Assembly (NCBI GenBank): GCA_002189035.1
Contig: NEEC01000009.1
Span: 1,550,001-1,614,000 of the forward strand
DNA length: 64,000 bases
DNA from: Utricularia gibba
Lineage: Eukaryota > Plantae > Magnoliophyta
Direction of reading: 5' to 3'
Below, one piece after another: positions 1-14,357 of this stretch (the first letter of the stretch is position 1; each line of letters starts with the position of its first letter). The translations under genes and the position numbers were made by a program. The notes under the pieces were generated by a model. The model was not told the DNA's origin and did not search any database. It was given only the letters and a program-made list of their open reading frames with translations.

Positions 1-1679
1 GTGGGAGATGAGCAGCCCTTCAAGCTCCGCTGGAGCAACCTGAGGAGAAACCAGTTGAGTTTTGTGTGTGTAAACAGATAAATGGAATATTGAATCTGAA
101 CTATCTTTCTCGTGCTTCCAACTTACCTGGAAACCTTTGTATTTTATGAGCTCCTTTATGCGGTCAACAACATAAAGCTGACCTTCGTCATCGAAGTATC
201 CCAGATCTCCTGTATGAACCCATCCATGCTTATCTATCATGAGTTTAGTCGCCTGTTCATTGTTAAAATAACCTGCAGAAAGATGTTGGCATTCAAGTTT
301 TCTTGCCAGGTGATACTTCAAATGGCTCATTTGCTCTTTGCAAGATTTGATTTTTACAGGATATAGTTAGAGAACAGATGGAGGTTTACCTGACAACATA
401 TTTGGGCCACGCACACATATTTCTCCGACCTGGCCAGGAGGAAGGGGCTTCAGCTTGTCAATGCTCAATATTCTGCATTCCACTCCAGGAACAAGCGTCC
501 CTGCAGAACCTGAAAATCGAGTCCCCATGTGTGGATTCTCAAGTGAGATGATACCACAGGTTTCAGTCATTCCATAGCCCTGAAAGATGGAGATCCTTAG
601 GCTCAGAGAATGGTAAGCACATTGTACCATCATAGGAAGTTCATCTTATAGCTAAGCCTAGCTACCTGGCAAACAACAGCTTGAGGGAAGTTCTTTGCAC
701 ACTCAATCATCAGTTCTCTTCCAAGTGGTGCAGCCCCTGATCCAATCATCTTCAAGGAAGACAGATTATACTTCTTGACTACGCTATTCTTAGCCAGTGC
801 CAGTATAATCGGGGCACAACGAAGAGATGAGTCACCCTGTGTGCTTCCACTGCCTTTAACATGAGTTCTAAGTCGAACTTCGACATGGAGACAATTGCGT
901 TGCCACGCTGCAGTTGTGCATACAGGATAACAGAGGCGCCAAAAACATGAAACATAGGCAAAGCACAAAGTAGAACGTTGTGCTTTTCCCCTGCTAGTTC
1001 TTGATCTACAGTAGCCATCAATGAGGAAGAAATGAAATTTCTGTGCGTAAGGATAACACCTTTGCTTTCCCCTGTGGTTCCAGAAGAGTACAATAACACG
1101 GCGGTGTCATCCTGCTTGATTCCATGAGAATTATCTATCAAATCAGCAGACCCTTCATTGTTTACAAGCTTGTGGAACGTAGTGATCCAAGGAATTTTCC
1201 CGATGGGCAGAATCGAATCCTTTCTGGAGCCCAGAATAATCACAGGCAAACCCAAATCTTTGACCTTAGGAAGTAAATTCTCTACAGTAATGACAAGCGT
1301 AGGCTTCGAGTTTTGAACCTGTTTCGATATCTCACCGACGGTATACATGGGGTTAACCGTGGAAACGATAGCCCCAATTGCAACAACGCCATAAAAACAG
1401 ATAGGAAACTGGGCAGAATTGGGGAGAAAAGAAGAAGAACATCATTTTTTTTGACGCCCAGTTGCAGCAATCCAACGGAAGCTCTGGCGACAACAGATTT
1501 GAACTGGGAGAAGGAAAAAACTTCACCAGTATCAAAATCTATAATGGCTGGCTTATCCGAGTAAGAGGATGAGTTTCTGAATAGAAACGAAGCCATTGAA
1601 AGATGGGAGTCCTTGGGGAACAAGACCGGCGGCCTCAACGATCTGTATACCCATCACGACCATACCCAGATTTCTCCAT
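1..1679 (-). CDS. 4-coumarate--CoA ligase-like acyl-activating enzyme (At4g05160-type), truncated by the left window edge
   Basis: N-terminus [10 protein letters not shown](V)YRSLRPP. AMP-binding motif [46 protein letters not shown] and KYKGFQ|VAPAELE. Exons 1679-666, 579-390, 272-127, 39-<1 with GT-AG introns. Three -1 frameshifts in homopolymer runs (1650-1652, 1421-1424, 811-814). Confidence 0.93.
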
Positions 1680-2258
1680 ATTCTTGGTTTCCCCGCCCCC
1701 CCCCTGGGAACTTCGTCGGGACTCCCCACAAGGAAGGTGAAGAGATTGGATTGGACTTCTCCACACAAGCAGAAGTTCCTCTCAGAAGGGAATTAAAAAA
1801 TAGTAATGCGAAAACTCCAGATTGATAGCATTAGGCCATTGACCCTTCCCCAGCCACTCAGTAATATGATTTACAATGCACAATGGTTGACCAACATAAT
1901 CTTACAGTCTCAAGAAGGATTTTTTATGTGATTATTACACGATACTCGTTCAACAACAATTGTAGAGTCTCGACCACACACTCGTGTACACATTTTCTGC
2001 TCAATTGGTGTCCCTGATGCATCGATCAACTGCTAATCTCCTCTTTCTACTCATAAGCTGTTCACTTGATCAATTTGCTGTGTTTCTCACTCAACTGGTA
2101 GTCTCTTTTCGCCTGCTTTCTTGTCTGTCCACGTTGATGGATGGATCAGTTTTCCACTCTGTTTTTGCATCCCATTCAACAGTAACAAAAAGGGCTTCCT
2201 TGGTGAAAATGGTGTAAACAAAAGTAAACTCCACAGACACCACATGCCAATGCAAGAG

Positions 2259-2362
2259 ATTTGAAAGAGTTGGAGTTTGTGAAGAACAATGTTTCTTGAG
2301 AATAATAAAAATTTGAAAGATGTGGAGTTTATGGAGAACAATGTTTCTTGAGAATAATAAAA
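2259..2362. repeat. 52-bp tandem duplication (2 units, 4 mismatches)
   Basis: 2259-2310 atttgaaagagttggagtttgtgaagaacaatgtttcttgagaataataaaa versus 2311-2362 atttgaaagatgtggagtttatggagaacaatgtttcttgagaataataaaa. Confidence 0.95.
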
Positions 2363-3633
2363 TTATTTATATAACATTTTTTCTTAAGTAGAAAAAACAA
2401 AGATATTCCAAACAAATTCATATTTTCAAATATTTCATTGGAAGCCAATAATCAACTTGACATCAAAATTGGAATCTTGATCGAATTGAGCACTTAGAAG
2501 CATTGTATTTTTTGTACGAGAACTTCTTCCATATGCGTTTCAAGATCCATGAGTTTGACTAATCAGACCATGTAAAATCCATCATCTTATCAATAAATAT
2601 ATAATTAGAAAGTAATTAATCTCATCCTGATTACGATTTAGGGAATCAAAATCAGCACAGCTGCTACCCAACCGAGACACCGGACACGTGGAAGCTCTTT
2701 ATTTTCCCAACCGAACTAACCACCGCTTTCAGAAAGATCGTACATTTTGGAATGGGGCCCATCACTCTTGACCCATCCATCGTGTGTTGACTACTGGCCC
2801 GGCCCATCTCTTATTTTATTTTATTTTTATTTATTATTGATTTGTTGTGTGTGCGCAATTGGAATCTTAATTAGGATTTCTTTTTTTTTTATTAAATTTA
2901 ATTCGCACTTGTCATTGGACCGAATTGGTGGTGGTAAGTGTGACACAGTAACTGAACAGCCCACGTGGTAAACCATGATTTGTTAATCCAAGATTTGGAC
3001 CATTGCGGACCAAGACCGCACCATCTGTACGGTCCAATACAATTAATCATCAATAATAAAAAGGAAGCAGAAGGGTGATCACATCATCTTTTAACCAAAC
3101 CCCACATTGGTGAAAATCATCTAAAAAAAATTTACCCATCCGTACTCTTAACAACCCTAAACCACTAACCCTAAAGAATTATCACATTCCCAACTAAATT
3201 TCACTCCACATATCACCATCACCAAGGCAACGACACATGAGGAATGGGAGAGATCTTTGCTCTGATCCCTATCTTGTGAAAGTTCTTTGATCTGCTGAGC
3301 ATGTTACTCACAAGGACAGTTCGGGATCCAAACCACATGGTCTTTGTTTCTAAACAGTCTTAAAATGGACCAGGTGTTATGTCTGAAACCAGTGTTGTAA
3401 TTTGGTGTGTGAGAAGAATTAGGGTTTGAGGTTGGCACGAGAGACAAAAATCTGGGCTGGTGCAGTGCGCAGGCAAAGTCACATCATGAAGCAGAGGCAA
3501 TGGACCCCGGATTTATCGGTATACTGGAGACCCCCCATCTTCATTTACGTGCTCACATGTTCATGTCATCACCACACTGCTTTTCTCTGCTCTGACTCTG
3601 CTTCTGCGTTACTGGTTTCCAGGGTAAGCCTTC

Positions 3634-4133
3634 ATGGGGGATATGGGATTGGAACACCACCACAATCCCGATGAATGCAGCCTGAGATCAGCCATGATGG
3701 AGCTCCATCGACAGCAGCTGCGGATGAGGGACGAAGAAATTTCTCATCTCAGGGATCTGCTTACAGCGCTCCTAAAGCAGCGGGACAACTGCAACAACAG
3801 CAATGGCCAGATTCCTGGTATCATTCCAGATGGGTTTTCTAGTCTCGGATACAGGGAGATTCCGGTGGAGCTCTTCAGGAGGCGGCCGTTGCCGGAGAAG
3901 GGGAAACTCCTGGAAGCCGTGGTGGAAGCTGGACCACTTCTCCAGACACTTTTTGTTTCGGGGCCTTTGCCGGAGTGGCGGCACCCTCCCCCGCCACTTG
4001 ACCACCGCCTCATTCCCCGGTACCGGAAATGCCCGGAATGCTGGGTCTATCGGAACTTCCAAGTCAAAACGTTGGCGGTGGTGACGCCTGCAAGAGAAGA
4101 AAGAGGAGAAAAACAACAGCCTTCTATTCATGA
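3634..4133 (+). CDS. DUF1635 family plant protein (intronless)
   Basis: Family signature PLPEKGKLLEAVVEAGPLLQTLFVSGPLPEWRHPPPPL preceded by a coiled segment (EEISHLRDLL). Restoring one C at the run 4015-4018 gives the expected IPPV and a stop at 4131-4133; the ORF track reads on to 4146. Confidence 0.8.
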
Positions 4134-5057
4134 TTCGAAAACGTAGTGGGCTTTTAGATCTTAGTGGGCCGTGGTATGGGCCTTAAATAGAACCGAATCG
4201 TGGGTGGCCCACTCCACATTACGAGGTTTCTTCTGTGCTGCCAGGTGTCTTGTAGTTTGAATTTTTTTAACGGCTCATTTACCATGTTTTATGTGATTTT
4301 TAATAATATTTGAAATTAGAAAAATTTGAAATTTAAAACATTAATTTAAAAATCAAATTTCCTTTCCAAAGATATCTTTCTGGGGTCAAAATAGTACTTT
4401 TGCATGCAAATTAAAACCAATATAATATCAATATAAATATACATTTTTGAGTTGTTAAATACTCTCATTCTACTATATAAGAAATAACATGATTTTTATT
4501 TTCAAAATGAAAAAAATAATTTCCTAATATTTTTTGCATTTTTTTCTTCCATAATTTGAAAATGCAATAATTTAATCTTTGGATAATTACTGCTACCTAT
4601 TTTTGTAGAGGATTAATTCCATTCATCTGCTATTATGAATAGTATTTTATCAGCACCGTAAAGATTCTCTTCTCGGACGGAAGAGACGCGCTCTCGCGTG
4701 AGGGCACGTTGGACCGACTGCGGCCTGCGCCATCGGCCTATTGTATGCGACGGGATTACGGGTACAAATCAAGCAGGGATTCATTTTGAATCTCCAATAT
4801 CACGTAAGGATTTGAAACGTTGGCTCCCCAATTGTTAGTATCTGGGGCGGTTTCTTCTAAGCTATATTCATGTTCATACTTGTTTCAGTTGTTTTTTCCA
4901 TTATTTGAGTTGGGTGATTTATGGCGCACTGCTATTAATTTTGGTGTTTACATGGGATCTGTGGAGGGAAAGATATCATTTTTGGTTGATTGCATTAACG
5001 TTTAGGGAGAGGGTTTGGATCCGCTATTCCGGTTGGAGTTCGGGTTCACGGTTGGAG

Positions 5058-8000
5058 ATGGCCAATAATGGACCTAAGTTTGCATCTGTGAATTTGAACA
5101 AGTCGTATGGGCAGCCGCATCATTTTCCACACTATAATGGGGGTGGACAGGGTATTGCATCTGGACGGGGCCGATCAGTTGGTGGGAGTTCTGGAGGAAT
5201 GGTCGTTCTATCTCGGAATAGGGGCATGGCACCCAAAGTTGTTCCGAAACTATCGATTCCACCCCCATGAATTTGCCATCTTTGAGAAAAGAGCATGAGA
5301 AATATGATATGTTGGGTTCTGGTGGATCTGGTGTTGGTGGTACTAATAGTGGTGGACCACGACCTACTTCATCGGGTGTGGGCTGGACAAAGCCGACTGT
5401 TACCATGACTCAGAAAAACATCAGTAGTATTGATATTCCTGGGGCACGTGCTGTAGATACCATGATTGATGCTGGTGTGGCCTCAGCTTCTTATATTCCG
5501 CCATCTGCACGCACAGGTGCAGTTGGAGTCATGACATCTGTTTCGCGGGATATTCCCCCTTCTGCAGACAAAGCCATTGTTTTAAGAGGTGAGGATTTCC
5601 CAACTCTACAGGCTGCAAGGCCTGTCTCTTCTGGCACAAGTCGGAAACAGATGGACCTGAAGCAAAAGCATGTTGAGAACGAGGGCTTGAATATGGGTAG
5701 AAGGGGCAGTTCTGATGCACAGCAATCAGGACTGACCCCAATGGGCAAGGGAGGACATCAGGTCATGGAAAATCATCATGATCAAGTTTCTAGTTCGAGG
5801 AAGAATTGGGATTACCTTCCTGATCCGTTGCCATTGGTTCGCATGACTCCAAGGTCTGACTGGGCAGACGATGAGCGTGACACAGGCCCTGGATTTGTGG
5901 AGCATGAAAGAGAAGCTGGTTTTCGAAAAAGTGAAAATTATTGGGACAGAGATTTTGATTTTCCATTGCCTAGCTTTTTGCCTTACAAACCAATTCATAG
6001 ACATCCGGAAAGACATGGTAAAGACAATGAAATGGGGAGTAGCTTTCCAAGTGAAACACGCAAATTAGATGCATATAAGAAATATTCAAATGAAGTGTAT
6101 CAAGAGGGTCGGGAGGTGGATAAATGGAGATCATCGCTTTCTAGAGATGGCTCCCAGGAGAATGGGATTCATGGAGTTGATGTTCGCAGGAGAATGGCTG
6201 CTCCTGGTAACATCTTAAAGGAGAACAAGTACGTCCCTCCACACCATGCAGACACAAGTCGTGATGGAAATAACACAGGTAAGCAGGACTCTTTATTTGG
6301 CTGGAGGGATTTGAGCATCATGGGAAGGCAGCACCCAAACAATTCAGTTGAATTTAGTTATAACCATATTCGCCAAGACAAGCATCTATCCAATCAAAAT
6401 TCTAGATTCAGAGACGATAAGTATCAGAATAATGCATTTGCTAAACCTTTAGTTGGTTCTGTTGGGAAAATGGGTTCAATGGTTGATCCAATGATGAACG
6501 TGGGGAAGGATAAGAGATTTTTGAGAAGTGATAACCCATTTCAGATGGAAAACCTCTCTTGAGAGACATTAATTCTGCAGTTTTTGATGAGAAAGATCTC
6601 TTTGCTGGGGGGGTTGTTGGGATCATCAAGAGAAAAAAGAATGCTGCGAAAATTAATGATATCCATGATCCAGTTCGAGAGTCTTTTGAGGCTGAACTTG
6701 AAAGAGTTCAGAGGATCCAAGAGCTTGAACGGCAGAGGGCAACTGAAGAACAAGAAAGAGCTTTTGAGCAAGCTCAAAGGGAAAAAGAAGAAAGAGAAAA
6801 AAGGATTATGGAAGAAGAAGAACACATGCGAAGATTGGAAGAGGAGGCACGTGAAGCTGCACAGAGGGCAGAACGGGATCATCTTGAGGCTATCCGGCGA
6901 GCTGAGGAACAGAGAATTGCCAGGGAAGAAGAAAGGAAAAGATTTCAGCAGGAAGAAGACAGGCGAAAGCAAGCTGCAAAACAGAAGCTTTTGGAAGTGG
7001 AGGCTAGGATGGCAAGGCGAGAGGCTGATGCTTTCAAAGGTGATGCTTCTGCACCTAGTAGGAGTGTTTATGAGAAACTGGATCCAGCAGCAAAGGAAAA
7101 TTATAGTTCCCGGAAATCAGATAGGGATAGCTGGGAAAATGGCAAGAGAATGATGGAGGATGTGAAAACTTCTGTTTCTTTTGATTCATATGCTAGTAAT
7201 AGACCCGAGGCAAATTTGAAGGCATATACTCGTATAGAAGATGCTTCAAACTTTCATGAGAGAGGGAAAGCTAGTGGTTCTTGGAGAAAGGATGCAACTG
7301 AAAATGATGGTAGTTTTTCTTCTCCATTTTCAGATCTGGAGACTGTTCATGGTGATAGTGCAGCAGCTCTGAGGAAAGAGTCACATGGAGAAACTCAATG
7401 GATACGAAATAGGGGCTTGTTGAAGGTTGGGGATAATGAGTCGTCATCTGATGATTTGGGGTACAATAAGGAACATAGGCAGAACCTTGCTGCGAAGATG
7501 GACTCATATCCCAAAAATAAATTCAATGATTCTGAATTACATGATGATATTGCTGAAAAATATGTCGATAATGGATGGGGCCTCCGGAAATCTCAAGGTT
7601 ATACTCCCACTTATTCAGACCACATGCATCCCACCGCTGAAGCCAATGAGTTTTATTTTACTGGGAGGGCAAGGTACTCTTTGAGGCAACCCCGTGTCCT
7701 CCCCCCTCCTTCATTTGCTCCTACTCAAAGGGCTACATCCATCGCTGCTGAGAATGCTGGTCAACCCGCCTTTTCAGATAGTGGTATTCAGCACTCACAT
7801 GACTCTAGGATTGACAGAGGTGGAGAGAGAGCATATATTGATCATGGTCAACAAATTCTTGAGATGCCTGATGCTTTTAGATTGCAGCGAGATGATTTTA
7901 CTTCTGGTGGTCAGAAATTGGAAAATGAGTCTGGTTGTGATTCACAATCTTCATTATCTGTATCCAGTCCACCAGCGTCTCCACCACATCTTTCTCATGA

Positions 8001-11000
8001 TGAGTTTGAGGATTCATACATACTGTCATCAGCAGAAAGTGAAAGAAAATTACTTAGGAAGAATGATTCACTTGCTTGCAACAACAATAATGGAAACAGT
8101 GCTGCTGTTATTGTTTCCGACTCTGTTTGTGAGGTGGGGGATGAAGAGTGGGGTCCAGGACATGATTGCACACTGCAGCAGCAAGAAGAATATGACGAAG
8201 ATGAAAATGGCCATCAAGAAAATGATGGCCTGCGTGTTGTTAATGAAAATACTGAAGTCCAAAATCTTGAGCTAACACACGAGGAAATGGAGTTACCTGA
8301 TATACAGAACAATGTTGTTTTGGGCTTTGATGAGGGCGTAGAAGTTGAAATATCAAATGATGATTTTGAGAATATTCTTGAGACTCAAGAAAGGTTAATT
8401 GGTGCGGCTGGAAGGTCTTTTGGCTTCGTTGATGAAAGTAGTCCAGTTAATGCCTTGTCTTCCGAAGAAAGAAATATTATGTCTGCAGTTGATTCTCATA
8501 AGAGAATTTCTGATAGTTCTTCTGGATTGGTGACAGAAACATACGCATGGGAATGTTCTGGCCAACAGATCAGTGCTCCATGTTCCTTGACAGACACTAG
8601 TCACATAGACTGTGGCAATTTTGTGGATGCATCAGTTTTTAACGGTAAAGGGAGGGTCTCATCGTCTGGAGAGGTTAATAGTGGCATCAGCCAAACTCAA
8701 AATATCTCATCTTTGGCCTATAGTGAGACTGGTGGTGATTTACCTCAAAAGCTTCAGTTTGGGCTCTTTTCTGGCACTTCTACATGTCCATTGCCTGCTA
8801 TACAAATCGGTTCAATAAAAATGCCTCTTCATACTCATTTAACAGTAGTTTCACCAATTACTCATATGAATCCATCACAACCTCCAAAGTTCCAGTTTGG
8901 TAAGCTTCATCATTCATTTCCCCCTTCACAGGGAATTTTTGGCATACCACTGGAGTCGATACCCTTTGATCAGTCTAATGGGATAAATCACCTTAGTCTG
9001 AATCCGGATGCTGGAGTATCCATGAATCGTGAATCTGGAGTAGATGCCTCTACACACAGACTATCCGAAGACTTACTGCCATCTATTTCTTTAAGCGATC
9101 GGCAGGGTGCTTCACTGAAAAATTTAGATGGCAGCCATCATGATAATTCCCTTGTCCACTCATCTTCTTCCCTCAGTTCCCGGAGGGATGATAAAAAAAT
9201 TTCAGGAACTGGATTTCTAGTTGAAGCCATGGGAAAGCTGGATGCTGCTTCAAAGGATATTCTACCTTCTGCGACGGCAGGAGGATCTGATTCTCAATTG
9301 CCAAATGCGAAGCCAGTTATGCAGTCTGTTTTTGTTGAAAATAAATTTTCTGGAATGAGAAGATTTAGCCAAGTGTCTGGCGGCAGGGGAAGGAGAGTCA
9401 TTTATGCAATGAAGAACGGGCATACTTCTTCATCCAAGCATGATTACACTATACCAGATGACACGTATGAGATCCAAAGAAGACCTCGAAGGGTTGTGCA
9501 GAAAAGGGAATACCGTGTTCGTGTAAAAGATGAGCGCAAAGCAAGAGAACAATCTGTTTATTCAAATGACATAGCACTAGATGATAAGCCAACTTATCTG
9601 GAAAAGTCAAGTGGAGCTTTAACAAGCAGTGGTTCAAAGAGGAGTATAAAGCAGAAAATTGAAATCTCCTCTGCTGGAAGTGTGGTCTCAGGGAATCTGA
9701 ATTCTGGGATAGAGCAGTGAAAGAAACCCAAATGTATTCCTCTAAGAAGACGCAGAATGCATCGCAATTTGGAGGGGTGAACTTGAGACAAGCTGCATCA
9801 GAGGATGTTGATGCTCCCATGCAGAGTGGTGTTGTTAGAGTGTTTAAACAGCCGGGTATTGAATGCCCAAGTGATGAAGATGATTTTATTGAAGTTAGAT
9901 CAAAGAGGCAAATGCTGAATGATCGTCGAGAGCAGAGAGAAAAGGAAACCAAAGCAAAATCACTCACCACCAAGGTATCAATATTTTTTCAACGAGACAC
10001 TTAGTGGTCTTTGTAACTTTAAGTGGCCTATGGGTATCTGTCAAGTTTTTTTTTTATTTATTCTTCAGCCAGTGCGCAAATCACAGCCTTCCAGACAGAA
10101 GGATGGTGTCCCCAAAAGTCAAGGGAAGGTGCCTGCGCATTTGAGTGGTGAGGATTCAGTCAGGTTCTAACGGAATCTTTCTTCATTTAAGAGCTCTTAC
10201 TTGACTAATTGTGCTGTATCTATAGGATGTACAACGCAGGTTATATTGCCAGCTAGGGCTTCTGCTGCCTCCCAGCCTCCAACTGCCAAATGTCAAGAGA
10301 ATTCTGAAACACAATCTATCAAGTGCGTGGCCTTCAAAAAGCACCTCTTCATTTTGAATTTATTTTACCATAATACTTTATATGGTTTTTAAGTACGCTT
10401 TATATGGCAGGGCTTCGCATTTAAGTCCTGTAAGAATTTTTTCAAGTGATGGATCAGAACACGATCATGCTCAAATGCCTGATACCAGAAATACGGTTTG
10501 AAAACTATTTTTCTTTTTAGGAAATTATGGAGTAGTCAATACAGAATTGCATGAGAAACTGAGTACGATTTTTTTTTTCCTGTCAGGTGATATCCATGGG
10601 ACACGATCAAATGGATGAGGCTACGAAACCTGCTAGGCATAGTTCTCCAGTTTCTGTTGGTGGTCATCCAACCGCAGTGGGTGACGCACTCGTGGATTTT
10701 CCAGTGCCATCTATTGCAGAAGACAAAACATTTTCTGGTGCAAATTCAATTAGCTTGGGCATCAGAGAAAATATTCAATTTGGTGGATATTTGTCTCCAT
10801 AATCTTGGGTTTTCTTCAAATAAATTGCGCACTCTCGGTGATAATTTTGTTTTTCTTTTTGCAGGAGCTGTTATGTCTCCAGTGGTCCTCCCTCCTAGTA
10901 GTGATGCTATGTCACATGGAATCGGTGCTCCAGGTTTGAGTCAAGGAAATATTAACATTTCCCAACCTTTTCAAGTAGCCGTCAAGCAAAGTTCTCTTTA

Positions 11001-12708
11001 CTATGAAAAAGATAAACATTTGAGTGGCTCTCATGCTCCTAAGCAAGATTCTGAAGCTGAAGCTGCTTCTGCCATTGCTGCTGCTGCAAGCAGCTACAAG
11101 ATGGTTAAGGATGACCTGGTCCGGATAATGACACCAATGAGTTTGGCAGTCCTAATATCAGCCACACTAGAACTGGTAGAAACTCTTAATTCTGCCCCAA
11201 TGCAGTTTGCGTAAAAAGATGGGTAGCTTTTATGTTCTTCGTTATGACCTGTATTTTTTTTTACAGGTGTTGTCGGAGATAAAAAATCTCCAAGCCATTT
11301 AAGGGTCGATGAGTACATTGTATCGCTTCCAGAGGATTTATCTGTTGAGACAACAACAATTTCCATATGGCCACCATTACCCAGTCCCCAGAGTTCCCCT
11401 AGCCAGATTGTTTCACATTTTACACCAGGTCCACATACCCATTACCCATTCTATGAAGTGAACCCAATTTTAGGGGGCCCTATTTTTGCCCCAAGCCAAG
11501 AGTCTTCTGGTGCACAATTACAACTTCAAAATAGTACCGCATCTGGTTCTGGACCTCTTGGTAACTGGCAGCAGCACCATTCGAATGTTGATTCCTTCTA
11601 TGGTCGTCCAGCTGCATATTCTGGCCCATTTGTTAGCCCTCCTGGCAGCATTCCTGGGTCCAGGGGGCTCCCATGGTTGTCTTTAACCATTTTCCTCCAG
11701 TTGGACAATATGGCCAACAGGTTGGCGTGGGGTTAATGGGTGCTGCCACATATATCCCACCTGGAAAGCAGGCTGATTGGAAAAAATCATCAACTTCCTT
11801 GGGGGAGGGTGATGTCAAGGACGTGAATGTCTCTAACATGCAACGAAATCCTCCAACCATGGCACCTCCTTTTCAGCATCTTGCCCCTGGCTCCCCACTC
11901 TTGCCAGTGCTTTCCGCAGTTCCTGTATTTGATAAGTCTCCGTTCCAGGTATTCTCAAATTTGGTCTTCATTTGCTATTGTATATGTTATCTTTCTTTAA
12001 AATCGAGTTAATGATGTCGGTACTGTGGCTCTTCAGTCTAGCTTACGTCATTGAAATGCATTCTCTTGCACTATGCTTATGGCTCGCTCCTTTGTCATCC
12101 AGACCGTTCCCGACTTGACAATGCAACCATCTTTGGGGCCTCTCCACTCAGCTCCCGTCTCTCGCCCTATCCAGACACAAGATGAAGTAGCTCTGCATTC
12201 TCAAGTCAAGCATGGGCTTTCTGTTGAGCAGCCAGTAACCACCCACAGGCTCGCTGAATCACGGGTTGCATCAACCTCAGACACCAACGCAAATTTTGTT
12301 GTAGTCAAGAATGCAAATGTAGGAGGTGTGGTAGATGAATCACTGGCAGCCAGTGCAGCTCCATCTGTTCAGAATTCTAGCATCCACGGCTCATCAGCGA
12401 GTGCAGACGCTGAATCAGTAAAGATCAACAAAAAAGAAAACGTTAAGAAGCAGACCGTTGGCTCTGTGAAGACCCAACAATATGCACAAAGAAATGCTCC
12501 GCCCCAGCGCGGCCAAACTCCTTCCGGCTATAATGTTCAAAGAGGGGGCATGACTCAGGTGAACAACCAAGGCCATGAATGGCCACGGCGCCGGGACAGT
12601 TTTCGTGGAAGGAATCAGCCGTTTGGTGGGGATAGGGGCTTCCCTGCAGTGAAGTCCAGACAAATATATGTGGCGAAGCAAACACCCAATTTGAGTTCGT
12701 CAACATGA
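5058..12708 (+). CDS. Very large BAT2_N/PRRC2-like disordered protein (At3g50370-like), multi-exon
   Basis: MANNGPKFASVNLNKSYGQ start, LSIPPP(M)NLPSLRKEHE BAT2_N-like motif, PRSDWADDERDT, E/R-rich coil, LQFGLFSG...IQIGSI, APMQSGVVRVFKQPGIECPSDEDDFIEVRSKRQML, C-terminal KSRQIYVAKQ. First exon ~4.9 kb to the donor at 9974. Frameshifts at ~5262-5266, ~6535-6552, ~9706-9708 and ~11656-11658. Confidence 0.85.
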
Positions 12709-13268
12709 GCTGGGTTGCTCTGCATCCAGGAGGTCTGTCTGTCATTGCAACGACACAAGGCGGATGTGGTGGCGCCGGATCAGGTAACGAGGGCTTGCTC
12801 TCCGATCAGAAAAGAACCCAAGTTCGTTTCCTCCCCTGGCTTTGCATTTGCGAGGCAGTGATTTATTACAGTGATGATTGGTGTCCGAGGGGCGAGTGCT
12901 GATGATGATGACCCCTCCACCCCTTCTTTTTGTTTCATTCCATTCGTTGGATTATTATCCCGTTAGCCTCAGACGATGTTGGGAGCCAGTTTATATATCA
13001 CCTTTGTGTCGTTCCTCTCGTCCGTACGGGCTGCTGGAGACCCAACCCAAGGCCCAGGCCCAGGACTGGAGTAGGCCCAACATGTACGTCACTGCCATAA
13101 GCAGGTACTCTCTTGGTTTTATTCGTTTAAATAATAATTACTTTAATATAATTAAAGTTTTCACATAAGGTAACGATGGATACATGCAAATGGTTCCAAA
13201 CATAAGGGGGGGTATTATGTGAATATAAGAAAGTGGAGAAGGGCAACGGCGGAAATGGATGTGCGTGA

Positions 13269-14286
13269 TCAGTTGCACACGTTGCTGGTGTCTGTCTCAC
13301 CCCGGAATCCAGGAATTTCCCTCCAGGGCTCATCAACCTTGAATATCTCTTCGCCGCCATCACCTGCCCCACAAAAATCCTTCTTCTCGAAACTGTCCTC
13401 CCTCTTTCTCTTCACAACCACGCCGAACAATTTCACGCACCGCTGCTCTTCGGCATCCAAGACGCGGTTGATTTCATCGCGATCAACGTTCACGAACCGA
13501 GTAACAAACGCGACCAGATCGTCGAAGCGTCTCTTGGTCTCTGCTAGCTCCAGAGCCAGCATCTGATTGTCTTTCCTCAGTTGGTCGTTCTCGGATGACA
13601 AGTCCGGTGTCTTTGAAACAGGGGAGGAAGTGGAGCTGGAGGCTAAATCATCACCGGAGCTGACGTTGTCGGCGGCTGCAGGGTTCCTTCCTGCCGTCGT
13701 TTTCCGACGGCGAATCTCCCTGAGGAGATCTAAGTGACCCCTCTTGAAGCTGTCATTGGAGAACTCCCACTTGTCTGACGCAGCCTTCCTGAAGCCCTGC
13801 ACCCCCACAAGCAAATTTTTTTTTAAAAAAATCACTATGAACCTGCGTCGGGGTGACCAGCCATTGTTTAAATAGCAATAACAGAACATTAAAAAAAAAA
13901 AAGAAAAGCGAATTGGTGGCTTTGAGTTCACTGATATGACTTGTTCAAATGAAGGATGAGCTCATGACTTCGGGTTCGATTTTCAAGGGATTAACCAAAC
14001 AATCAACGAATTCGCGATAACAGAGACGGTTCAAGAATCCCCTTCCACCAAATCGAAATCAGGAGAAAGGAAACTTGCTTACGTATGTGTTAAGCTGACG
14101 AACGAAGCTGGAGAAATTATTATGCTTAAAGTATTTCGGCAGCAAATCCTTGGCGAACTCCGCCGTCTTCCACACGACGAAGCCCGTCCCCGTCTCGTTC
14201 CACGACACCACTTCGTCGGTGGCCTGATCATCGACCAACTGGAACGTCTTAATCAGAAACGGCGCCGGAGAAGATCTGGCAACCAT
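13269..14286 (-). CDS. HSFB1: Heat stress transcription factor class B1 (HsfB1/TBF1-like)
   Basis: [20 protein letters not shown]...[16 protein letters not shown]|GFRK DNA-binding domain with the canonical HSF intron (14082-13797), short HR-A/B, and B-class repressor motif KLFGV. Exons 14286-14083 and 13796-13269. Confidence 0.93.
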
Positions 14287-14357
14287 CTCGATTTCAAAAG
14301 CAAACCTAAAAAAGCAACGCAAACGAAAAAAAGCCCTAATCCGCCGGATCGATCGAA

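Noticed and set aside
3101-3175. CCCACATTG plus AACCCTAAACC/AACCCTAAA as a telomerase RNA gene
   Set aside because: The USE match is imperfect, there is no correctly spaced TATA, and the G-rich 5' end and conserved motifs of plant TR are absent. These are more likely promoter teloboxes.
1-12708. Calling the 4CL-like, DUF1635 and BAT2-like genes pseudogenes because of multiple frameshifts
   Set aside because: Every break is a -1 change in a homopolymer run, splice sites are intact and I saw no nonsense decay; the same pattern hits NAPRT and the PLC-like gene. Assembly error is more parsimonious.
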